64,000 nucleotides of DNA. Origin: Planctomycetota bacterium. Lineage in GTDB: Bacteria; Planctomycetota; B15-G4. This document shows, in pieces, positions 51,601 through 59,998 of this stretch. Every line of letters starts with the position of its first letter. Position 1 is the first letter of the stretch. The stretch covers positions 2,080,001-2,144,000 of the forward strand of contig CBDFJQ010000002.1 in the NCBI GenBank assembly GCA_965248575.1, written 5' to 3'. The position numbers and the translations under genes were made by a program. The notes beneath the pieces are model-generated. The model was not told where the DNA came from. It saw only the letters and a list, made by a program, of their open reading frames with translations, and did not search any database.

Positions 51601-53283
51601 CTGGGCCAACATGCTTTCTTGGGTCAGCAAGACCGGGGCCCGGGTGTCCTCCAGCAAGAAGCGCAGGCGTTCTTCCGGGTAGGCTGGATCGATGGGCACA
51701 TAGGCGCCGCCCGCCTTGAGGATCCCCAGGATCCCCACCGCCATGTCCAATGTGCGTTCGATACACAGGGCCACGAGGATGTCGGGTCCGACGCCCCGCG
51801 CTTGCAGGTGGTGCGCCAGCTGGTTGGCGCGCTCGTCCAACTCGCGATAGGTGAGCGTCTCGTCGTTCTGGCGCACGGCGATGGCATCGGGCGTGGCCTG
51901 CGCCTGCTCCTCGATCCACTGATGGGCGCAGAAGTCCTTGCGGTACTCGGCGTCCGTGTCGTTGAAGTCGATGAGCAGGGCTTGCCGCTCATCCGCCGCC
52001 AAAGCGTCGAGTTCTTGAAGAGGCGTCGCGGGTCGCGCAGAAGCGTCTGCCAACAAGGCCTCAAACTGCCCGGCCAGGCGTTCCGCCGTCTGCGTCTTCA
52101 AGGCAGAGCTGTCCACGTCCAGCGACAGCTCATAGCCAGCCTCCGACCGCAGGCAGCTGAGCTGAGCAACGAATCGATCCTGAGCGCTGCGCGTCTCCAG
52201 CACACGAAAGGACACATCGCCTGCTGCATGGCTGGCGACCGCCGTGGCGTACTCGAAGCTGTAGGGCAGAAAGGCCCGCCCACCCGCAAGCGCAGCAGCC
52301 CGATCACCGAATCCATCCCAGGAGAAGCAGGCCTGCCAGCGACGAGCGACTTCCAAACCCGGTGCGAGAGCTTGGATGGCTGCTTCGAAGGCGGTGTCCC
52401 CTTCCAACGCGACGCCAACCGGCACGCTCCGCGCGAGGGGACCCAAGGTGCCCGCCAACTCATCCAGCTCGCGTCCGTCGCAGACCAGGCCCAGAACGGA
52501 CTGCGCCTCGTTGGAGAGCCGGCGCAGCAGGGCAGCCCAGGCCGTGAACAAGACGGACTCCGTGGACACGCCCAAGCGAGAGGCCAGCGCCTCGGTTGCG
52601 GCGACGGTCTCCGCTGCCAGGGATCGTGTCACGCGCAGGGGCGCGAAGCCCCCTGGTGTCTCCTGGAATGGAACCACCAAGGTCGTGAGAGCGGAGAGGT
52701 CCAGCCGTCGCCAGTAGTCCCGGCCAGGCTCCGACTCTTCGGACTCGAGCAGCTCTTGCTGCCACTCGGCCACGTCCGCGTACTGCAACGGAGCCTCGTC
52801 CTCGGAGTCTGCGACCGCTTCGGCAGCGGGTTCAGCAGCGGGCCCCTCGAGGGTCGCCTCGTAGGCTCGCGCCAGCTCGCTCGTGAACACGTCCAGGCTC
52901 TCGCGATCCGCGCACAGGCCGGGCAGGCTCAGGTGCAGGTCGTGCACCCCCTCGGATCGAGGGACGCACGCCACCCGCAGCAGCCGGTCGCTCTCCAGAT
53001 CGAAGGGTGCATCGAAAGCCGAATCCCGTGCGTCCGCGATGCGGACGGAGCCACTCTCGCGGATGACCTGCTCGGCCCCACCTGCTGCCGTGGCGACAAA
53101 GTAGGTGCGCAGGATTTCCAGCTCGTGCACCAGGCGATCCAAGGCCTGTTGCAACCGCCCCCGGTCGAGGGGGCCGCGAATCTCCACGCGCGAGCCACAA
53201 CGAAACGCATCCCCTCCCTCAGCGGCGTGAAGCGCCCACAGGTGTTCCTGCTGAGGGGAGAGGCGGAAGCCTTCGTGAGTCAT
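48610..53283 (-). CDS. NRPS module: degenerate C (interface-like)-A-T-E (His-like specificity)
   Basis: GFRLSPQQ; LSLPGLCAD replaces HHxxxDG; YTSGSTGKPKG; GGDS; E domain HHLAVDGVSW and EGHGRE. Manual code DSVLIAEVFK. Confidence 0.92.
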   Translation of the reverse strand: MTHEGFRLSPQQEHLWALHAAEGGDAFRCGSRVEIRGPLDRGRLQQALDRLVHELEILRTYFVATAAGGAEQVIRESGSVRIADARDSAFDAPFDLESDRLLRVACVPRSEGVHDLHLSLPGLCADRESLDVFTSELARAYEATLEGPAAEPAAEAVADSEDEAPLQYADVAEWQQELLESEESEPGRDYWRRLDLSALTTLVVPFQETPGGFAPLRVTRSLAAETVAATEALASRLGVSTESVLFTAWAALLRRLSNEAQSVLGLVCDGRELDELAGTLGPLARSVPVGVALEGDTAFEAAIQALAPGLEVARRWQACFSWDGFGDRAAALAGGRAFLPYSFEYATAVASHAAGDVSFRVLETRSAQDRFVAQLSCLRSEAGYELSLDVDSSALKTQTAERLAGQFEALLADASARPATPLQELDALAADERQALLIDFNDTDAEYRKDFCAHQWIEEQAQATPDAIAVRQNDETLTYRELDERANQLAHHLQARGVGPDILVALCIERTLDMAVGILGILKAGGAYVPIDPAYPEERLRFLLEDTRAPVLLTQESMLAQLPTADAEVVCMDSDRSAIDEHPRTAPRSSVSPSNLVYVIYTSGSTGKPKGVVITHEKLVISNTARVNAFGHTPSNFLLLSSVAFDSSVVGIFWALCGGGTLFLIPEGQQKDIAQIPRSIAQYDISHLLTLPSFYRLILDQAAEQAAAAGGQHPLAGMHTVIVAGEACPLNMVEVHKAALPGVGLFSEYGATETTVFSSVYDCLSQTLSIAPVGGPIENAQMYVLDERLTPCPTGVPGEVHFGGIALAVGYLNREQLTAERFVPNPFGAEGTRLYKSGDLARHLENGDVEFLGRLDNQVKIRGYRIELEEIEAVLLSHPGVKEAAVLALTDLSAEKRLIGYVVPEGVGVQPAPSVNELRAHVQETLPEFMTPAVFVFMDDFPRTPNGKTDRKALPEPGSERPELESEFAAPCSAAEVALAGIWSDVLGLERIGVDDNFFELGGDSILSIQVVSRAKALGLKLSARQVFEHQTIRALVAVAEVTGVAVASVADQGPVTGAVPLTPVQRWFFELGLPQPAHWNMPMLLDVVRPLDAAHLEQALGALCEHHDALRLRFQQQGGEWSQEIAALDTGGAGAAGAGSLVYQEDLSSLPEAQRQEELERRADVHHGAMDLQQGPLMRAVLFDIGQGRKRLLWFIHHLAVDGVSWRILLEDLDSALAQLERSEPVQLPRKTTSFKAWSEGLLSYAQSDALSSETEFWSRQAGRAPASAPPVDHADGENIESSVEKVRVALDAEQTRALLSEVPSTYNTQINDILLTAYVHACAEWTGASNVLLNLEGHGREDVLDGADLSRTVGWFTTDYPVLLADTVPFEAGAAIRSMKEQLRAVPNNGFGYGVARHLSQAPVPAAGSPPPALSPVLGFNYLGQFDQLFRDEDRFRYCEASSGAFAHPDGPRVFQLEVYGMVSGGRLELDFEFSRNVHERSTVQALADSFLSTLRALIEHCLSPEAGGFTTSDFSDFAWGDADLSSITDAIQKSQSTPGSDAQPDTPSGGEGGS

Positions 53284-53331
53284 GGCATGAACAGGGCTTG
53301 CTGGAACGGTGGCGCGGGACGGCGAGCGGCC

Positions 53332-54327
53332 TCAGGAACCGCTGCCCCCCGGGCGGAGATCAAAGATGGCGCTGTAGGGGATCGAGAGATCCCGCTGCCC
53401 CTTGCACTCCCAACCCGCCTCCTCGAAGAGGTCCATCCACTCCGCGACGTTCGGGATGAACTGACCCATGAGGTCATGGGTGAACTCGAAGCCCAGGGTG
53501 AAGATGGGCGGCATCTCACCGGGGATCGGCAAGTCCGAGCGGTAGGTGTCGCTGAAGAGGAAGCGCTTCAGGTTCGGGAAGGCCTGGCGGATCGAGGTGA
53601 AGGCCCGCAGGCAGTTGGGCCGCGGCCACAGGTCGTGCCCCATGAAGAAGCAGAACAACACTTCCACTTCCTCGAATTCCGGTTGGTAGACGAGGTTCTT
53701 CACGTCGAAGTGCACCACCGAGACGCGATCCTCGAGGCCTGCCGACTTGATGGAACGCTGGGCGAGGTCCACGGCACCCTTGTTTACCTCCACGCCGACC
53801 CCCCGGAACTCGGGACGTGCGCGAGCCAGGCCCATGAGGCGCTCCGCGCTGCCGCAGCCCAGGTCCGCCGCCACCGTGAACGGCATCTCGGCCATGGCCT
53901 CCGTGAAGTGCGGGTCGACGAAGCGCCCGCCGTAGTCGCGGCCAGCCATGGCGATGTACTTGCCGTCACGCCCGATGCCATCCGTCGTGCAGTTGTTCTC
54001 CTTCACGATCGTCGCGAGGTTCTGCATCAGGTTGCCGTAGCCGCGCATGAGCCACAGGAAGTAGCCCTTGTCCGCCATGACCTCATCGAACTTCGGGCCG
54101 GGCGTGGCGGTCTTGCGGTCGTCCGACATGGTCACGAAGGAGTAGCGTGCCAGAACCAGCAGGATTGAGGTCACCGACCACGGGTGCAGGTTGCCCTCGT
54201 TGCAGAAGGCCTCCACGTCCAGCGAGCCCTTGTCCTTGATGGCATCCAAGAGCCCGAGCTCGAAACTGGCCGAGATGGCCGAGGCCCCGATGGCGGCGTT
54301 GTAGAGATTGGTGGTTTCGTTGGTCAT
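53332..54327 (-). CDS. SAM-dependent alpha-keto-acid C3-methyltransferase, MppJ-like
   Basis: ADLGCGSAERL, CFFMGHDLWPRPNC and PIFTLGFEFTHDLMG follow the MppJ pattern as I recall it. Confidence 0.8.
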   Translation of the reverse strand: MTNETTNLYNAAIGASAISASFELGLLDAIKDKGSLDVEAFCNEGNLHPWSVTSILLVLARYSFVTMSDDRKTATPGPKFDEVMADKGYFLWLMRGYGNLMQNLATIVKENNCTTDGIGRDGKYIAMAGRDYGGRFVDPHFTEAMAEMPFTVAADLGCGSAERLMGLARARPEFRGVGVEVNKGAVDLAQRSIKSAGLEDRVSVVHFDVKNLVYQPEFEEVEVLFCFFMGHDLWPRPNCLRAFTSIRQAFPNLKRFLFSDTYRSDLPIPGEMPPIFTLGFEFTHDLMGQFIPNVAEWMDLFEEAGWECKGQRDLSIPYSAIFDLRPGGSGS

Positions 54328-54331
54328 CGTC

Positions 54332-55693
54332 TCAATCTTGGACGGGCGGATAGGTGGTGATGGGTCGCAGCGCGCACAAGCGCGCCACTCCTTCGAGGGC
54401 AGCGGCCTTGGCCGCCGGCTCGATGACGTATTCCTTGGGGGACACCTGCTCGGTGTGCGTGAGGATGTCGTGCACGATGTCGACGCACTCGACCATGTCG
54501 GCCGGCTCCATCTCGCGGATCGCGAGGCCGTTGGTCCCCAGCCGGATGCCGCTCGTGACGTGCGGCGAGTTCTTGTCGAAGGGGATGCGGTTCTTGTTGA
54601 CGACGATGCCGCACTCCTCAAGGGCCTTCTCGGCGTTCACGCCGGTGATCCCCTTTTGCGCCACGTCCACCACGACGATGTGGTTGTCGGTGCCACCGGT
54701 GATCACGCGGTAGCCCTTGGACATGAAGGCACCGGCCAAGGCCGTGCTGAGCGCGACGATCCGCTCGGCGACCCCTTTGAACTCGGGGCTACCCACGAAG
54801 CCCATGCCGCGCGCCTTGGCGGCGATGGAGCTCTGGTTCGGCGCGCCCTGGAAGAAGGGAAAGACCTTCTTCTGGATCGCCTGGGCCAGGGTCGTCTTGC
54901 CGTCGGGCGCGAGCGCGTCGTGGTCCTTGCCGATCATCACCAGCCCACCGCGACCGCCGTACAACTGCTTGTGCGTACAGGTCGTGGTGAAGTGCGCGTG
55001 GTCGATGGGGCTGGAGTGCACGCCGGCGGCCACCAGGCCAGCGATGTGCGTGATGTCCGCCAGCACATAGGCCCCCACCTCGTCCGCGATGGCACGGAAA
55101 CGCGCCCAATCGATCTCCCGGGCGTAGGCAGTGGTGCCACAGATGATGAGCTTCGGCTTGTGCTTCAGGGCCATCTCGTGGGCCTGGTCGTAGTTGAGGC
55201 GCTCGTTCTCGTCCAGGCCGTAACCGTAGGCCTGGAAGACCTGCCCCGAGAGAGAGGCCTTGCTGCCGTGCGTAAGGTGCCCACCGCTGTCCAGCTCCAT
55301 GCCCAGCAGCGTGTCGCCTGCCTTGAGGATGCTGAACATCACGATCTCGTTGGCCGAGGTCGCTGTCATCGGCTGCACGTTGGCGTACTTCGCACCGAAG
55401 ACATCACAGACCCGATCGATGGCCAGCTGTTCGATCTCGTCGATGTGGCGGCAGCCGGCGTGGAAGCGTTTGCCTGGGTAGCCCTCAGCCGTGACGTTCA
55501 TGGCGATCATGGCTTCGCAGATCAAAGCGGACGGATCCGCCACGCTGCTGGAAGCGACCATGGACAGCACGTCGGCCTGGCGCCGGTACTCGTTGTCGAG
55601 GATGGTGTAGAGCTCGGGGTCCTGGTCGGCGAGGCGCGCCACGGCTGCGGCAGCGAATCGACCCAGGTTGCTCTGCGCGATGGAATCAGACAC
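54332..55693 (-). CDS. Serine hydroxymethyltransferase (GlyA)-like PLP enzyme, cluster-associated
   Basis: AEGYPGKRF, ANVQP, GGHLTHG, HIAGLV, TTTCTHKQLYGGRGG (PLP Lys), SGIRLGT. Confidence 0.88.
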   Translation of the reverse strand: MSDSIAQSNLGRFAAAAVARLADQDPELYTILDNEYRRQADVLSMVASSSVADPSALICEAMIAMNVTAEGYPGKRFHAGCRHIDEIEQLAIDRVCDVFGAKYANVQPMTATSANEIVMFSILKAGDTLLGMELDSGGHLTHGSKASLSGQVFQAYGYGLDENERLNYDQAHEMALKHKPKLIICGTTAYAREIDWARFRAIADEVGAYVLADITHIAGLVAAGVHSSPIDHAHFTTTCTHKQLYGGRGGLVMIGKDHDALAPDGKTTLAQAIQKKVFPFFQGAPNQSSIAAKARGMGFVGSPEFKGVAERIVALSTALAGAFMSKGYRVITGGTDNHIVVVDVAQKGITGVNAEKALEECGIVVNKNRIPFDKNSPHVTSGIRLGTNGLAIREMEPADMVECVDIVHDILTHTEQVSPKEYVIEPAAKAAALEGVARLCALRPITTYPPVQD

Positions 55694-55777
55694 GGCGGCT
55701 CCACTTCTTGTTGTCGCACATCAGGCGATTGTCGCGGGTGAGACGATGCGATGTTGAGGATGGGGATCTTGGGGGTG

Positions 55778-58700
55778 TCATGAGTCCGCGGCGTCCATCT
55801 GCGCAGCCACTTCCTCATCCGACAACTCGTCCAGGGACTGAAGGATGAGGCAGACTTCCTCCACGTCGACGCCAGCGTCCGCACCCTTCTCCGTGATGCG
55901 CTTCGACAGCTGGGAGACCGTGGGGTGCTCGAAGATCTCGCCGAGCGAAATGCCGAAGGGGAAGAACTGGTTCAGGCGGGTCTGGATCAGCACGGCCAGC
56001 AGCGAGTGCCCGCCGAGTTCGAAGAAGCTGTCGTGGATGCCCACGCGATCGAAGGCCAGCACGTCGACCCAGACCCCGCTCACCACCGCTTCGACCGGCG
56101 TGACCGGCGCCTCGAATTCAGCGTCCATCTCGGGGCGCGAGGTGTCGGGCTCGGGCAGACGCTTGCGATCCACCTTGCCGTTGGGCGAGAGCGGCATGGC
56201 GTCCAACGGCACGTAGAGCGTCGGCACCATGTACTCGGGTAGCTGAGCGCCCAAGGCCTTGCGCAGCTCGGGGCCCAGGCGCCGGGAGAGCTTTCCGGAC
56301 ATGGGGTTGTTGGCGAAGGACGCCGCCGTGCGTGCGACAGCCGCGTCCGCGTCCAGCTCCAGGCCGGTCCCGTCGGGGAAGAGCGTGGCCGGCCGGGCCT
56401 GCCCTTCCTCGATGCGGGCGAAAGCCACATCGAAACAACCGCCAGCGAGGTCCTTGGAGAAGCGCACCTCGGCCGCGTAGCCCAGCTCTTCGGCCAAGGC
56501 CCACCAGTGCTCTGGGTTCTGGCCCGGGCGTTCAGCAAAGCGAGCGTCCACTACTGCCCGAAGCTCTCCCGCCGTGGCAGGTGGCGTGTCGCCAGCCAGC
56601 TCGCCATGCAGAAGGGCGACTGTCGCCACGTCCCGCTCCACCCGCAGGTTGGGGATGTCGTGCACGCAGAGCCGGGCCACTTCGCCCGAGGACAAGCGTG
56701 CGCGCACGGACTCGAGGTCCAGGGAGTCTGCGCCCCAGTCCAGCCGGATGGCATCCACAGCGCCAGGCGCCGGCGCCTCGCCCACCTGGAGCGTCACGTC
56801 GTAGCGGAAGGCGTTGAGCTCGTTGATGAAGTCGCCGCGCTTGAGCTGCACGCTGACCGCGCAGACCTCGGACAACTGGGTGGCCAACCAAGGGAAGAAG
56901 GCCGGGTCGATGACCAGCTCCTCCTCGTGGCGGATGAGCCGCCCGATGCGTGCCTGCAGCTGCTCCAGCGAGAGCTCGTCGCCTGCCTGGAACAACTGCA
57001 CAGAGGACTGGTAGGCCTCGAGCAGCGGCAGGCCGCGCACGTCGCCCACGAAGAGCGTCCCCCCGGGGGCCACCGCTTTGGCAGCGCCGCGCAGGACGTC
57101 CATCAGGTAGTCCATGGACGGGAAGTCGAGGATGATCGAGTTGAGCACGACGCAGTCCAGGCTGTCCGGCTCGACACCTGAGAAGTCGTCGGCCCACTTG
57201 CGCGCCAATTCCACCTGCGTGAGACCCAGGGGCTGCTTGTGCTTGTCGACCCAGTCGAGGGCCACAGTGCTGAAGTCGGTCCCGATGTAGCGCGAACAGT
57301 GTGGCGCGATGCGGAACAGCAGCAGCCCCATGCCGCAGCCGATCTCCAGCACCCGGTCGGGCTGGTGGCAGCGGATGCGGTCCACGGTCTGCTCGACCCA
57401 CACGCGCATCTGCTCCGGCGGCAGCGGCTTGGCGGTGTACGAGGAATCCCAGCTGATGATGTTGAAGGTCGGGTCGTCCACCTCGGCGGCCGCACTCCCG
57501 GCGTAGGCGTGGTCGTAAACCGTCGCCCACTGCTCCACCTGCTCCGCACCCAGGTCCTGGAGGTCTTCTTCCGGCCCGGTCCAGTCGGGGTCCTGGACGA
57601 CGTAGGCCACGAGCCGCTTCTCGCCAGCACCGTCGTCCTTGGTGGCCACGACACCCTCGCGCACAGCGGGGTGTTCCACGAGTCGGGATTCGATCTCGCC
57701 CAACTCGATGCGATACCCGCGCAGCTTCACCTGGTTGTCCATCCGCCCCAGCAACTCCAGGTTGCCGTCCGGCATCCAGCGCGCAAGGTCGCCCGTGCGG
57801 TACATGCGTTCACCCGGCACGAAGGGGCAGTCCACGAAGCGTTCGGCCGTCAGCTCCGGGCGCTGGTAGTACCCGCGCCCCACGCCGATGCCGCCGAGGT
57901 AGAGCTCTCCGGGCACACCGATGGGCAGAGGGCCGAGCAGGTCGTCCAGCACATAGGCCGTCTGATTCGACATGGGCTCCCCGTAGGGAATGCTCTTCCA
58001 GGACGGGTCGACCTCCAGCACCTCGAAGATCGTGCTGTCCATGGAGCATTCCGTCGCCCCACCCATGCTGATGACCTGCACATCGTCCACGAGAGCGCGC
58101 AGGCGATCCGGCAGCGAGACCGGGATCCAATCCCCGCCCAGCAACACGAGCCGCAGGGAGTGCGGCACCGCTTCGGCGTCCGTCTCGATGAAGTCCACCA
58201 GCATCTTCAGCATGGCCGGCGCTGTGTGCCAAATGGTGACCGAGGCGTCCTGCATGAGCGACGCCCAGTGGGTCGGATCCTGCATACCCTCTGGGTTCGG
58301 CAACACGATCGTCGAGCCCGCCGCCAAGCTGCCGAACACATCGTAGGCACACATGTCGAAGGACAGGGACGCGAGAGCGATGACGGCATCGCCCTCACTC
58401 ACCGAGAAGCGCCGGTTGAAGTCGAGGAAGTTGTTCACCCGCCCCTGGTGGTTGAGCATCACGCCCTTGGGCGCGCCGGTCGAGCCCGAGGTGTAGATGA
58501 CGTAGGCGAGGTTCTGGCAGTCGGCTCCCGAGTCGAAGCGCTCGGTGCTCTCCGCCGCAAAGCACGTCGGCTCATCCAAAAGCACGAGCTGTGCATCCGA
58601 GGGCGGCAACTGCTCGGCGAGGTGTGACTGGCTCAACAGCACCGGGACCTTGCTGTCCTCGAGCATGTACTCGATGCGCTGGCGCGGGTAAGCCGGGTCC

Positions 58701-59674
58701 ATGGGCACGTAGGCGCCACCAGCCTTGGCGATCCCCAACAAGCCCACCACCATCTCAAGCGAACGTTCAACGGAGATGCCCACCATCACGTCGGGACCAA
58801 CCCCCAACCCACGCAGGTGATGCGCCACTCGGTTCGCGGCTCGGTCAAGCTCGGCGTAGCTCATGCGCTGGCCGCGGAAGACGGCTGCCGTCGCGTCCGG
58901 GCTCGCGTCGCAGCGTTCCTCGAACAAGCCGTGCAGGGTGGCGTCGCGAGGAAAGTCGATCTGCTTGGCGTTCCAATCCACGAGCACTCGCTGCAGCTCG
59001 CTTTCCGTCATGAACGACAGGCTGTGCACGGGCGCGTCGAGATCCGCGGCGGCCCTTGCCAGCAAGACCCCGAGATGGCCGGCCATGCGCTCCACCGCCG
59101 CCGGGCTGAACAGGTCGTCGTTGGCGACCAGGGCTCCCGTCCCCGTAGCCGAGTCGTCGACGCGCCAGATGAGATCGACGGTGTCACACGATCTGGGCAG
59201 TGCAGCGGCACCGATGGGGCACACAAAGAGCACGCTCAGCAGGTCCGTCGCCTGGCGCAATCCCAACGCGGGCAACAGCTCAGACAGGGGCACGGACGGG
59301 CCCTTCCGAAGCTCGGCCAGGGCCTCTCGCACCCGTCCAAAAAGAGAGCGGAAACTGGGCCGATCCGTGAGGTCCAGGCGCAGCACGTGAACGGCCTCGC
59401 CATCCGCCACACCCACGACCACATCCGTTTGGCCGGCCGTGCGCGTCAGCAGGCCGATCAATCCCGTCAGCAAGACGTCCGCCGCAGCGCCCTCAGCGCC
59501 CTCGTCGGAAAGACTGGAAATCGCTCTGAGAGCCCCTTCAGGCAGCTGAAACGCGTGTTCTGCTGCTCGATAGGCCTGGTGCACGGAACGCCCACGGCTG
59601 GTGGGCAGTTCGAGCGCCGGGGGGCAGGCCTGCAGGGCCCGAACCCGGGACTCCAAGGATGGATTTTCAGTCAT
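55778..59674 (-). CDS. Starter NRPS: partial C - A(interrupted by MT) - T
   Basis: N-terminal C-domain remnant with no HHxxxDG, YTSGSTGAPKG, embedded VLEIGCGMG methyltransferase, GGHS carrier. C-terminal LDELSDEEV. Confidence 0.92.
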   Translation of the reverse strand: MTENPSLESRVRALQACPPALELPTSRGRSVHQAYRAAEHAFQLPEGALRAISSLSDEGAEGAAADVLLTGLIGLLTRTAGQTDVVVGVADGEAVHVLRLDLTDRPSFRSLFGRVREALAELRKGPSVPLSELLPALGLRQATDLLSVLFVCPIGAAALPRSCDTVDLIWRVDDSATGTGALVANDDLFSPAAVERMAGHLGVLLARAAADLDAPVHSLSFMTESELQRVLVDWNAKQIDFPRDATLHGLFEERCDASPDATAAVFRGQRMSYAELDRAANRVAHHLRGLGVGPDVMVGISVERSLEMVVGLLGIAKAGGAYVPMDPAYPRQRIEYMLEDSKVPVLLSQSHLAEQLPPSDAQLVLLDEPTCFAAESTERFDSGADCQNLAYVIYTSGSTGAPKGVMLNHQGRVNNFLDFNRRFSVSEGDAVIALASLSFDMCAYDVFGSLAAGSTIVLPNPEGMQDPTHWASLMQDASVTIWHTAPAMLKMLVDFIETDAEAVPHSLRLVLLGGDWIPVSLPDRLRALVDDVQVISMGGATECSMDSTIFEVLEVDPSWKSIPYGEPMSNQTAYVLDDLLGPLPIGVPGELYLGGIGVGRGYYQRPELTAERFVDCPFVPGERMYRTGDLARWMPDGNLELLGRMDNQVKLRGYRIELGEIESRLVEHPAVREGVVATKDDGAGEKRLVAYVVQDPDWTGPEEDLQDLGAEQVEQWATVYDHAYAGSAAAEVDDPTFNIISWDSSYTAKPLPPEQMRVWVEQTVDRIRCHQPDRVLEIGCGMGLLLFRIAPHCSRYIGTDFSTVALDWVDKHKQPLGLTQVELARKWADDFSGVEPDSLDCVVLNSIILDFPSMDYLMDVLRGAAKAVAPGGTLFVGDVRGLPLLEAYQSSVQLFQAGDELSLEQLQARIGRLIRHEEELVIDPAFFPWLATQLSEVCAVSVQLKRGDFINELNAFRYDVTLQVGEAPAPGAVDAIRLDWGADSLDLESVRARLSSGEVARLCVHDIPNLRVERDVATVALLHGELAGDTPPATAGELRAVVDARFAERPGQNPEHWWALAEELGYAAEVRFSKDLAGGCFDVAFARIEEGQARPATLFPDGTGLELDADAAVARTAASFANNPMSGKLSRRLGPELRKALGAQLPEYMVPTLYVPLDAMPLSPNGKVDRKRLPEPDTSRPEMDAEFEAPVTPVEAVVSGVWVDVLAFDRVGIHDSFFELGGHSLLAVLIQTRLNQFFPFGISLGEIFEHPTVSQLSKRITEKGADAGVDVEEVCLILQSLDELSDEEVAAQMDAADS

Positions 59675-59702
59675 GACGGGACGGTCTCAGGACAGCCTGG
59701 GG

Positions 59703-59708
59703 AGCTTA
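59703..59708 (-). promoter_or_regulatory. Candidate -10 element (TAAGCT) of the minus-strand NRPS/PKS operon
   Basis: TAnnnT hexamer about 30 nt upstream of ATG 59674. The same TAAGCT lies upstream of the plus-strand NRPS (28733-28738). Confidence 0.3.
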
Positions 59709-59998
59709 TCTCGCGGCAAATCTGCGGGCAAGGCGAGCCGGTCCATGAGGCGCACTGCTTTTCCACCGAAGAGAGGCCGGGGCAAGCCCCCCGCTCGGCG
59801 CCTCGGGCCCAGCTCTGACAACCCATTGCCAACAGACCCAGGGGCGCTCTGCCGGAGCCCAAGCCAGGAGGGCGGCAGAGCCCTTTCGGCAAGATAGGAT
59901 GGAGGCTTGCTCGCACGTGATCGGACGTCTCTCTGGAGAGGGGCCCGTCGACGAGAACCCGAGCCGCACTTGAGTCCGATCGCCCTCAGCAGACCGCC

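Noticed and set aside
50521..54168. 1215-aa plus-strand ORF, and similar long ORFs such as 37852-39840, 40950-42842 and 30287-31993
   Set aside because: Antisense shadows of well-supported NRPS/ABC genes in high-GC DNA, with no recognisable motifs.
54332..55693. Housekeeping glyA
   Set aside because: The divergent PLP-Lys motif and position inside the NRPS operon suggest a specialised paralog, so the gene symbol was withheld.
28820..59674. Siderophore cluster, suggested by the PvdE-type exporter and interface domain
   Set aside because: No TonB receptor, Fur-box-like site, or hydroxamate/catechol genes were seen in the window. It cannot be excluded beyond the edge.
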